DNA from: Opitutales bacterium
GTDB lineage: Bacteria > Verrucomicrobiota > Verrucomicrobiia > Opitutales > Coraliomargaritaceae
DNA length: 64,000 nucleotides
Direction: 5' to 3'
NCBI GenBank assembly: GCA_049598495.1
Contig: JBMYNR010000004.1
Coordinates: 18,911 to 82,910, forward strand
Under the pieces are notes generated by a model that did not search any database, had not been told where the DNA came from, and saw only the letters and a program-made list of their open reading frames with translations. Both the position numbers and the translations under genes were made by a program. The first letter of the stretch is position 1, and every line of letters starts with the position of its first letter. Of the stretch, positions 52,755 through 61,788 are shown piece after piece.

Positions 52755-53049
52755 GCTTGCCAAATGGATCATGTCGAAAACAGTGAATATCCGTTCCGCA
52801 AATTCCGCAGGCCTGGACTTTCACCAAAATCTCATCATCTCCAAGATCTCGAATGGGAAACTCCTGGATCTGCAAATTCTGTTTTTCAACTAAAACAGCC
52901 GCCTTGGATCGTTGTGGAATTTCACTAGGCGAAGCCGTCTCGGGAGTAGATGCAATTTTGTCTCCATGATCCTTCGCAGGAACTTTCAAACCTCGTCGAG
53001 CGAGTACCTCGCTCACAATATCCGCAATTTGATCTTCAGGAAGGTTCAT
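52755..53049 (-). pseudogene. 5' fragment of a zinc-dependent (MDR) dehydrogenase with an N-terminal amphipathic extension
   Basis: ILVKVQACGICGTDIH present; the sequence breaks before the expected GHE motif, at the mini-element. Confidence 0.85.
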
Positions 53050-53093
53050 AGCGCAAATACTTTGAGTTTACCTTAATAACGCCACCCACAGCC

Positions 53094-54571
53094 TTACTGC
53101 TGAAGCAGCTCGCTGAATCGTTTTGAAGCAGCCTCCCAATCGAGGCTTGAATCTGGATTGAAATGCTGGAGCTCAAAGGAAGCTCGGATGATGTCCCTTC
53201 CTGAATGTATGCTTTCAATCTCTCCATCAGCCTTCAATTGCGCCATTATGTTGCCCAAGCCACTTCCTTCAACCGGTCCAGCGGTTACATCACAACCTGT
53301 TGCGTCCGCAGTGAGTTGATTCAAAAATCGATTCTGGGAACCACCGCCAATGATATTGATCTTCTTCAGGGATTTACCAGTTACCTTTTCGAGACCTTTT
53401 AAGACCGTTCGATAACTCAACGCCAATCCTTCGAAAATGGCTCTGCACACGACGGCAGGCTCCATATCAACAGCTTGGCCCGTGCGATCGAAGTATTCGG
53501 CGATACGCTGCAGCACATCCCCCGGTTGTTCAAAAGTAGGGTCATTTGGATTCAAGAAAGCTTTAAATGGTTCCGACTGAATCGCCAACTCACGGAGCTC
53601 ATCGTATCCGAGCCCAAGTTCCTGTTTGTCCCAATCGCGTTTGCATTGTTGGAAAATCCAAAACCCACTGATGTTTTTCAGCAATCGAGTCGTTCCCTCT
53701 ACTCCCCGCTCATTCGTCAATTTCATCGCATTGGCGATCGAGTCAGTTGAGCATTTTCAGATTCAACCCCCATCAATGACCAGGTTCCGGAGCTAATGAA
53801 GATGGACGTTTCATCCTTCGGCAATGGGCATGCCGCAACTGCAGCAGCGGTATCATGGGAGGGAGTTGCAACCACTTTTAGGTCAGCCTTGCCCACTTCA
53901 TCCGCGATTTTCTCAGTTATCTTGCCAAGAACATCTCCCGGCTCAGAGAGCTCATTGAGAATCGACTTCGGGATTTCAAAGCATGTCAGCAGATGGTCGG
54001 ACCATTGACCATTTTTTGCACTCAACATCTCACTGGTGCTGGCGATGGTGACCTCATTTGCTTTCACTCCACTCAACCAGAAGTTAATAAGGTCCGGAAT
54101 AAACAAAAGGGTTTTTGCCTTCGCAAGATTATCTCCTTTTTGTTTCTCCGCCAGCAACTGGTAGAGTGTATTAAAATGCAATTGCTGAAGACCTGCTTCA
54201 ACATACCTTGCCGATTGTGGCAGGATTTTTTCCGCCGCATCGATCATTCCATCGGTGCGATTATCACGGTAGCAATATGGAGTTTCCAACACACTGTCGT
54301 TTTCATCCAAAAGCGCATAATCTACTCCCCAGGTATCGACTCCGATGCTCTTGACATCATCACCATAACGATCCACGGCAAGTTTGACTCCTTTGATGAT
54401 TTCCTGGAACACACCTTCGATGTCCCATTTCAAAGAACCTCCCACCTCTTGTGGTTGATTGTCAAAGCGACACAATTCTTCGAGAGCAATCTTTCCGTCA
54501 GAATACACTCCCGCCAGAACTCTGCCACTCCCGGCCCCAATGTCTGCGGCCAAATAAACTTTACGGCTCAT
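53094..54571 (-). pseudogene. rhaB: Rhamnulokinase, frameshifted near 53740 (split into ORFs 53723-54571 and 53094-53726)
   Basis: AADIGAGSGR, DTWGVDY and SSGTWSLMG in one frame; TNERG..RLLKNISGFW in the other. Collinear with the intact paralog at 60282. Confidence 0.88.
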
Positions 54572-54595
54572 ACCCATTCCATCCACTCTGCTTTA

Positions 54596-55288
54596 TCAAC
54601 GTAGGCTCAAAGTATCCGCTTCGTATTTTTTCACGGTCTCAAGCCAACTTTGTTCTCCAATGACATCGTTTCGCTCGCAGAACTCGTCCCAAACGGCACC
54701 CCATGGCAATGATTTAACGTTCTCCAAAGTCGCCAATCGTGAAGTGAAATCACCCGCTTCTTCGAATGCTTGAAGTTGTTTAACGGGCTGAAGTAACGCC
54801 CGTAATAATGTTTTCTTTGCGGCGCGGGTTCCGATCACCCATGCTGCGATCCGATTGATACTGGCATCGAAAAAATCAAGCCCAATGCGGGTATTGTCGA
54901 GGTGTCCACCCTGGACCAATGCTTGCATGACCGCGAAAGTTGCATCGTCGTTGAGAACTACATGATCTGAGTCCCAACGAACTCCACGACTCACGTGTAA
55001 AAGCACGCCGGGAACAAAGCGTTGAATTGAACTGATCTTGTCGGACACGTCCTCCGTTGGATGAAAATGCCCCATATCCAAACAAAGCCACTTTTGGTTT
55101 TTCACCGCATAGCCCATGTAAAACTCATGTGACCCTACGACAAAACTCTCAGATCCAATTCCAAAAAGCTTACATTCTACCGCATCGATATTGAATGTTC
55201 CCAAATCTTCGGAAAGAACTTCGTCCAACGACTCATTCAATCGGGCACGATAGTGATCCCGGCCCACTGGGATATCTTTCATTCCATC
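54596..55288 (-). pseudogene. rhaA: L-rhamnose isomerase, 3' part only (5' part removed at the IS3 left end)
   Basis: [43 protein letters not shown] and [11 protein letters not shown] motifs. Confidence 0.92.
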
Positions 55289-55356
55289 TGCCAGGGGCCC
55301 CTGAATTAAGTCCAGCTTGAGTGATAGGATTTTCCAGCTAAGAAAGGAAAATCCCA

Positions 55357-55620
55357 ATGAAGAAGACACGAAGAACGACCGAACAGATCATCCGCATCCT
55401 CCGCGAAAGCGAAGGGCTGAGTGTGGACGAAGCCTGCCGCAAGCATGAGATCAGCGCACCGACCTATCATCGCTGGAAAGCGAAGTATGGAGCTATGGGC
55501 ATCAAGGAAGCCCAGCGACTGAGGGATCTTGAAAAAGAGAACACGGAGCTGAAGAAGCTGCTGGCCGATCAGATGCTCAAGTCGAAGGCTCTTGAAATTG
55601 CCTTGGAAAAAAACCTCTGA
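55357..55620 (+). CDS. IS3 transposase OrfA (HTH)
   Basis: EQIIRILRE...[20 protein letters not shown]7C slippery site at 55607-55614 for a -1 frameshift. Confidence 0.93.
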   Translation: MKKTRRTTEQIIRILRESEGLSVDEACRKHEISAPTYHRWKAKYGAMGIKEAQRLRDLEKENTELKKLLADQMLKSKALEIALEKNL

Positions 55621-55640
55621 GCCCGGAACGCAGGCGTCGC

Positions 55641-56555
55641 ATGGCTATCAAAGTTCAAGAGACGCTTTCGTGTTCCGGGCGATCGGTTTGTCGCTGGCTG
55701 GGGTTGAACCGCAGCACGCTGCGTTACGTCCCCAGAACAGTGCCAGAGAAGAAGAAGCTTCTTGAATCGGAGATGGTGAAGATGTCTAAGCGATATCCCT
55801 GTTTCGGTTACCGCAAGATCACACGCAAGCTGATCGAGCAAGGCTGGGGCGTTGGCAAAAAGCTGGTGCAGCGTGTGCGCCGAGAAGAGGGTTTGCAAGT
55901 GCCTGCTCCCAAGCCGCGCAAACGCCGCCAGGGGCTCTCTACAGGGCTTCCCCAAAAGGCAAAGCATCGTAATCATGTCTGGGCCTGGGACTTAGTGAGC
56001 GATCATACCGTCCGTGGCGGGAAGCTCAGGGTGTTCAATATGATCGACGCGTTTACCAAGGAATGCCACTGCATCCACTCCGACCGTGCCATTAAGGCAA
56101 CGGACGTCTTGGCCGTGCTCGAAGAAGCGATTGAGGAACATGGTGCCCCCGAGTATATCCGCTCGGACAACGGGCCTGAGTTTATCGCTACAGCGATCCA
56201 GCAATGGCTCAGAGATAAAGGCATCAAAACCATTTACATTGATCCGGGCTGTCCCTGGCAGAACGGCTATGTGGAAAGCTTCAACGATAAGTTCCGCAGG
56301 GAGTGCCTTAACCGTGAGCTAATCTACACGCTCAGTGAATCCCGTGTTATCTTCGCCGACTATCGCCATCTGCATAACTATGAAAGGCCGCATCGCTCTC
56401 TGGGCTTGCTCACGCCAAAAGCGTATGCCAAACAACTTACCTGCCTATCTGGCTCCGGTCGGGCTACGCCCTCCCTCCGCCAGATAGGCGATCAACCGCA
56501 ACCTGAACCACAAGAAACCACCAACAATAAACCGCTTGGAAACCTATCACAATAA
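55641..56555 (+). CDS. IS3 transposase OrfB (DDE integrase core)
   Basis: WAWD, RSDNGPEF, PWQNGYVESFN and RPHRSLG motifs. Confidence 0.95.
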   Translation: MAIKVQETLSCSGRSVCRWLGLNRSTLRYVPRTVPEKKKLLESEMVKMSKRYPCFGYRKITRKLIEQGWGVGKKLVQRVRREEGLQVPAPKPRKRRQGLSTGLPQKAKHRNHVWAWDLVSDHTVRGGKLRVFNMIDAFTKECHCIHSDRAIKATDVLAVLEEAIEEHGAPEYIRSDNGPEFIATAIQQWLRDKGIKTIYIDPGCPWQNGYVESFNDKFRRECLNRELIYTLSESRVIFADYRHLHNYERPHRSLGLLTPKAYAKQLTCLSGSGRATPSLRQIGDQPQPEPQETTNNKPLGNLSQ

Positions 56556-56581
56556 GTGGACCGAAAAGGTGGACTCAGGCA

Positions 56582-57099
56582 CAACCAGCTCCGCCTTTAC
56601 GCTTGATAACTTCCGCACCGCTTCCACGAGTGCGCTCAAACATCGCTTTTTCGAAATTTGGAGAAACTTGAGGATACCCTTTCAAAGGCAATCCCGCAGC
56701 GGTCGCACTGCTCCAGATCGGAACGATGCTATCCCCATGTTCTCCCAGAATCAAAGCCTTCACCTGAGAGCTGGCGATACCCAACTCAGCAGAGATAAGA
56801 GAACGGAATCTCGCGGTATCCAACATCGTTCCCAAACCAAAAACCTGACAGGGATCAAGGTTTAAAGTCTGAGCCGCAATATGCGTCAAAATATCAACCG
56901 GGTTGGAAACCACAAAAACTTTTGCACAACTTTTGTATCCCGCCTGCTGGATGCTATCCAAAATCATCTTGAAGAGGGACACATTGCGGTTGATCAGATC
57001 CAAACGGGATTCATCCGGTTTGCGACGCAACCCGGCAGTGATGACAAACATGTCTGAATCCTTTGCACGGTCATAATCCCCTGCATAAATGCGTTGATC
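56582..57099 (-). pseudogene. Internal fragment of a lactate/malate dehydrogenase family gene, truncated at both ends
   Basis: DQRIYAGDY..VITAGLRRKPDESRLDLINRN, VSNPVD, LDTARFR and GEHGDS present. No GxGxxG N-terminus; C-terminus cut by the IS right end. Confidence 0.88.
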
Positions 57100-57157
57100 T
57101 CACAAAATGTGCGGCACGGACACCCGAAAATTCACTTAGTGATAACCAGATAACGAT

Positions 57158-59356
57158 CTAGCGCAGGAAGGCTTCATGCAAGCCGCCATCGACATTGAAG
57201 ACCAATCCAGTCGTCTTGGAAGACTTATCACTGGACATGAAGAAAATTGCTTCCGCCTGATCTTCAGGCGTGATCGGCGCATTCGTCAATGTGCGGCTAG
57301 CATAAAATTCTGCCAACTTCAGACGCAAGTCCTCGGTCGACTCTTCTTCGCTGTAAGCGATAGCGTATTTGGCCAAAGAGGCCATGACGCGATCGCGCGG
57401 GAACATCAATGAACCCTTGACCACCGTGGCAGGTGCCACCGCATTGACCCTTGCATACGGCGCCAACTCTACAGCCAATTCGCGCACAATATGGTTCGCA
57501 GCGGACTTCGAGGAGTCATAAGCGACAGAGCCCTTCTTCGAAACGACACCATTCACGGAAGTCGTGATCACCACAGCACTCTTCATGTGCTTGCCTTGAG
57601 CCACAAAGATGGGCTTAGCCGTGTCGGCAACCAAGTAAGGACCGACAGAATTGATCTTGAAGACCAACTCCCACTGCTTGACCGAGAATTCACCGTCCAC
57701 ATTAGGCGCGAGGAAGATACCAGCTGTCAGCGCAACCACATCGATACCACCGTAGGCGTAGATCACCTCATCGTAACACGCTTGAATGCTGGCTGCATCG
57801 GTGATGTCCATCTGGCAGGCAATCACATTACCGCAGCTCGAAACACCCGTACCGGCTACTCCGATTCCCATGCCAACCTTCGCAGAAATTTCATCGGCAG
57901 TGGCTTGTGCTGCTGCCAGATCTAGATCAGCGCAGACCACGTGCGCACCCTCTTCAATATATCGGAAGGCCGCTTCTTTGCCGATACCCGAACCAGCACC
58001 AATCACGACAACCACCTTGCGCGCAAATTCCTTTTCCTTTGGCATGCGCTGCAGTTTGGCTTCTTCTAGCAACCAATACTCAATGTCAAATGCCTCTTGA
58101 CGAGGCAAGCCGATGTACTCATCGATCGCTTCCGCACCGCGCATCACGCCGATGGCACAGTTGTAAAATTCGGCTGTTACGCGCGACTCTGACTTGTTCT
58201 TACCAAAGGCAATCATACCCAAACCAGGGATCAAGATCACAGTTGGGTTGGCATCCCGCATTGCAGGCGAGTTGGCATGTTTGCACGCCTCGTAGTACTC
58301 GGCATAGTCCACACGGTACTGCTCAAGTGCCGATTGAATGCTCGCCTTGAGTGCGTCCACATCGCCCGAAGTAGGATCCCACGCAACATACATGGGCTTA
58401 ATCTTAGTGCGCAAGAAGTGGTCTGGGCAAGAGGTACCAATTTCAGCGAGTCGTTCAGCATCGTTGGAATTTACAAACTCCAAGACGGCGTCGTCGCGGT
58501 GGACAGTCGCAATGAAGCGCTTACTTTGAGAGACTTCTCCGCGCAAGTAAGGCAGCAAGTCAATGGTCATCTCACGGGCTTTGTCAGCATCCACCACCGC
58601 GTACTTCTGCCCACCGAAAGTGTCCGCACCGCGGTCTTTCGATTCGATATAACGGCCCGCTTTTTCAATCAATTCGAGCGTCAAATCATAGCAGGCTTTG
58701 TCATCATCATTCCAGTTGATCAAACCGTGCTGCCCCATGTTGATGCCCACACAGTCCTTGTTTTCTTGATACACCGCCTGCATCTTCAACCCCAAGTCAA
58801 AGCCTGGACGCTGCCAAGGAAGGTAAGCAAGTTGATCGCCGTAAATCTCTTTCGTCAGCGCCTCAGAATTTTTACAAGCGGCAATGGCAATGAAAGAGAT
58901 CGGGTGCATGTGATCTACATGCTTGGCGCCAATGAAGCTGTGCAAGGGCGTATCGATCGATGAGGGACGCGGGTTCAAATTGAAGGTGGTGTGCGGGTAC
59001 ATGTGCACCATCTGATCTTCAATCTCAGTCTTCACACCATTGGGTGTGGTCGCCGCGTAAATCGACTGCAAGTCAATCAACTTCTCCTGGTACAGCGAAG
59101 AGAAGTTTGCCACCTTAGAGGTGCGCAAGTCACCGCCGGATCCTTTGACCCAGAGCACCTCTACTGACTCTCCATTGAGCGGATCCGTCTCATTGACCTT
59201 CGATGAGGTGTTGCCGCCTCCGGTATTCGTGATGCGCTGGTCGGATCCTAAAATATTGGAACGGTATACTAAGCGCTCAACGGGTGACAAAGTTGCTGCG
59301 TGCGCCTCATCCCACTCATAGTTAACGTGTTTGAAGTCGGATTTTTCCTTACTCAT
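57158..59356 (-). CDS. Bifunctional rhamnulose-1-phosphate aldolase/short-chain dehydrogenase (RhaEW type)
   Basis: TNTGGGNTSSK, GTSCPDHFLRTK and FDIEYWLLEEAKL motifs; SDR GAGSGIG and YDSSK motifs. Confidence 0.95.
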   Translation of the reverse strand: MSKEKSDFKHVNYEWDEAHAATLSPVERLVYRSNILGSDQRITNTGGGNTSSKVNETDPLNGESVEVLWVKGSGGDLRTSKVANFSSLYQEKLIDLQSIYAATTPNGVKTEIEDQMVHMYPHTTFNLNPRPSSIDTPLHSFIGAKHVDHMHPISFIAIAACKNSEALTKEIYGDQLAYLPWQRPGFDLGLKMQAVYQENKDCVGINMGQHGLINWNDDDKACYDLTLELIEKAGRYIESKDRGADTFGGQKYAVVDADKAREMTIDLLPYLRGEVSQSKRFIATVHRDDAVLEFVNSNDAERLAEIGTSCPDHFLRTKIKPMYVAWDPTSGDVDALKASIQSALEQYRVDYAEYYEACKHANSPAMRDANPTVILIPGLGMIAFGKNKSESRVTAEFYNCAIGVMRGAEAIDEYIGLPRQEAFDIEYWLLEEAKLQRMPKEKEFARKVVVVIGAGSGIGKEAAFRYIEEGAHVVCADLDLAAAQATADEISAKVGMGIGVAGTGVSSCGNVIACQMDITDAASIQACYDEVIYAYGGIDVVALTAGIFLAPNVDGEFSVKQWELVFKINSVGPYLVADTAKPIFVAQGKHMKSAVVITTSVNGVVSKKGSVAYDSSKSAANHIVRELAVELAPYARVNAVAPATVVKGSLMFPRDRVMASLAKYAIAYSEEESTEDLRLKLAEFYASRTLTNAPITPEDQAEAIFFMSSDKSSKTTGLVFNVDGGLHEAFLR

Positions 59357-59470
59357 GTGGATTTATGTGGATTTTTATGGTTTTGTGGTTGAAATTGGGC
59401 CCATAAAACCACACCATTGCATAATTCCAAGCTTTTAATTGTAAATTTTCGGTTGCTATCATTCCACATT
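59354..59470. promoter_or_regulatory. Divergent promoter region with repeated TGTGG/CCACA boxes (candidate DeoR operators)
   Basis: ATGTGGATTTATGTGGATTTTTATGGTTTTGTGGTT (about 10-bp period), plus inverted AAACCACA and ATTCCACATT. Confidence 0.6.
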
Positions 59471-59484
59471 GTCTGCCCTCATCT

Positions 59485-60249
59485 ATGCTCGCCTCCGAAA
59501 GACAGGATCACCTAGTGCAACTGATTGAAAGCCAAGAAGTGGTACGGACATTGGACTTGGCAGAATTGTATCAGGTCTCGGCCGAAACGATTCGACGCGA
59601 CTTTCTCTTGCTGGAGCAAGCCGGTAAACTGCGCCGCATTCATGGCGGGGCACAAAGCCTGACTACCCGCAGCCAGCTTCAGTCCTTTACCCAACGGGAA
59701 AACATCCAAACTAAGCAAAAGCAAGCCATCGCGCGCACTGCGCTGCAACTCATCCACGCAGACTCAATATACGGCTTCGATAGTAGCACCACCGCGCTGG
59801 CACTGGTCAACGAGCTCCCGGATTTGGCCTATCGCGCCATCACGAATTCCCACCGCGTCCTTGAGCACCTCACCCACTACCATCAAGTAGAGCTGATCTC
59901 CACTGGTGGGCGCTATCAAAGTAAAACCCAAACCTATGTTGGGGGGGACAGCATCAATACCCTCCGGCACCACAACATTAATATCAGCTTCCTCTCCTGT
60001 GTCGGATTCGACCTCCAAAGAGGTGCCAGCGAAAGCTTTGAGCAGCAGGCCACATTTAAGGAACGACTGGTTGAATACTCCGAAAAAATCGTTCTGCTGG
60101 TTGATTCCAGCAAGTTTAGCCAACAGTCCGAGTATTTTTTTGCGGAGCCTAAAAAAATTCATCAAATCATCACCGACCAAGCGATTGATCCGGCCATAGC
60201 GCAAGCCATCCAAGAACGCGGCATTGACTTAGTCATCGCCGATAGCTGA
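59485..60249 (+). CDS. DeoR/GlpR-family transcriptional regulator (rhamnose locus)
   Basis: VSAETIRRD, RIHGGA, DSSTT and LVDSSKF motifs. Confidence 0.94.
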   Translation: MLASERQDHLVQLIESQEVVRTLDLAELYQVSAETIRRDFLLLEQAGKLRRIHGGAQSLTTRSQLQSFTQRENIQTKQKQAIARTALQLIHADSIYGFDSSTTALALVNELPDLAYRAITNSHRVLEHLTHYHQVELISTGGRYQSKTQTYVGGDSINTLRHHNINISFLSCVGFDLQRGASESFEQQATFKERLVEYSEKIVLLVDSSKFSQQSEYFFAEPKKIHQIITDQAIDPAIAQAIQERGIDLVIADS

Positions 60250-60281
60250 ATGCATTTAGTCGAAAAAGAAATTTTGTCACG

Positions 60282-61757
60282 ATGAAACAAAAGAAAATCT
60301 ATCTTGCCGTCGATCTCGGCGCTGGCAGCGGCCGCGTCATCGCGGGTGAATTTGACGGACAGCGCATCGAGCTGCACGAAATCAATCGTTTCGACAACAC
60401 CCCCGTCGAGCTGCCCAGCGGCTGGCACTGGAACCTAACAGCGCTCTACCAAAATATTTTAGATGGCATCCGACTGGCAGCGGATCGGTACGGAGATGCG
60501 ATTGTTAGCCTCGGCATCGACACTTGGGGCGTAGATTACGGTCTGCTCGACAAAAAGGGCGCACTACTGGGACTGCCTTACCAATACCGCGACGGACGCA
60601 CGCAGGGCATGATGGAGGCCGCCTACGAATTGGTGGACAAGAAAGCCATCTACCAGGCGACCGGCATTCAGTTCATGTTTTTTAATTCCATTTATCAGCT
60701 ACTCTCAGAGCTGAAACACGACAGCGCCGCCCTGAAACAAGCCGAGCACTTGCTCTTTATCCCCGACCTGCTGGCCTACTGGCTGACCGGAAAAATGAGC
60801 CAAGAGCGCAGTATTGCCAGCACCTCTCAGCTCTACAACCCGCAGACCAAGGACTGGGACTACGCGCTAATCGAAAAGCTGGGTCTACCCCCAAAGCTCT
60901 TTAAACCGCTCTGCGATGCCGGCGATCCGCTGGGTCCGCTGACTGAAAGTTTACAAAAAACCACCGGACTGAAGCAACTGCAAGTGATTACCGTGGGTGG
61001 GCACGACACCGCCAGCGCAGTGGCGGCCGTACCCAGCCAGGCCCCAACACCCGCCTACCTCAGCAGTGGTACTTGGTCGCTGATGGGGCTGGAAGTCGAC
61101 GAAGCCATCATCTCGGAGGCCTCCTTTGAAGATGCCTTTACCAACGAAGTCGGCGTGTGCGACAAAATCCGCTTCTTGAAAAACATCTGCGGGCTGTGGC
61201 TGATCCAAGAGTCCAAGCGCTACTGGCACAGCCAAGGGATCGACATCCCCTACGCCAAGATGGCCGCATTAGCTGATGAGGCGACCCCCTTCCGCTCTTT
61301 AATCTTCCCAGATGCGCCCTGCTTTGCGGAGGCGGGCAACATGCCACTCAAAATCCAAGACTACTGCCGTGAGACAGAACAGCCCGTCCCCGAAACACCC
61401 GGCCAAATCATCCGCTGCATTTACGAGAGCTTGGCCCTACGCTACGATCAGGTCTGGCAGCATCTCACCAAATACGTGAGCGAGCAACCCAGCACCCTCC
61501 ACATTGTAGGCGGTGGCTGCCAAGATCGCCTGCTCAACCAATTTGCCGCCAACGCTATCGGGATCACGGTTGCGGCCTGCCCAGTGGAAGCCACTGGATT
61601 GGGTAATATTACCGTACAAATGCTGGCCGACGGCGTGATCGCCGACCTCACCGAGGGCCGCAAAATCGTCCTCAACTCCTCGCTGGTGGAAACCTTTGAG
61701 CCCCAAGATCAGACCACTTGGGATGCCGTCAAAGCGCGCTTCGCCACCTTAAGTTAA
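60282..61757 (+). CDS. rhaB: Rhamnulokinase (intact)
   Basis: AVDLGAGSGR, DTWGVDYG, HDTASA, SSGTWSLMG and LKNICGLW motifs. Confidence 0.92.
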   Translation: MKQKKIYLAVDLGAGSGRVIAGEFDGQRIELHEINRFDNTPVELPSGWHWNLTALYQNILDGIRLAADRYGDAIVSLGIDTWGVDYGLLDKKGALLGLPYQYRDGRTQGMMEAAYELVDKKAIYQATGIQFMFFNSIYQLLSELKHDSAALKQAEHLLFIPDLLAYWLTGKMSQERSIASTSQLYNPQTKDWDYALIEKLGLPPKLFKPLCDAGDPLGPLTESLQKTTGLKQLQVITVGGHDTASAVAAVPSQAPTPAYLSSGTWSLMGLEVDEAIISEASFEDAFTNEVGVCDKIRFLKNICGLWLIQESKRYWHSQGIDIPYAKMAALADEATPFRSLIFPDAPCFAEAGNMPLKIQDYCRETEQPVPETPGQIIRCIYESLALRYDQVWQHLTKYVSEQPSTLHIVGGGCQDRLLNQFAANAIGITVAACPVEATGLGNITVQMLADGVIADLTEGRKIVLNSSLVETFEPQDQTTWDAVKARFATLS

Positions 61758-61788
61758 CTCTCCTAGCTCACTCATCCTACAGATCACC

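Larger units (their letters stand above)
55289..56581 (+). mobile_element. IS3-family insertion sequence (~1293 bp), no target duplication
   Basis: Imperfect ~40-bp IRs: left TGCCAGGGGCCCC...GTCCA...GTGATAGG, right reverse complement TGCCTGAGTCCACC...GTCCA...GTGATAGG. orfA/orfB organisation. Confidence 0.93.

Noticed and set aside
55321..55335. Similarity of the IS3 inner IR (TGATAGGATTTTCC) to the mini-element start (TGATAGGAATTTGC)
   Set aside because: Similarity is limited to about 14 bp and the mini-elements lack the IS3 terminal TGCC...GTCCA portion; treated as coincidence.
54596..55369. Track ORF as a complete 257-aa rhamnose isomerase
   Set aside because: Its first 27 codons come from the IS3 left end; it is a truncated rhaA.
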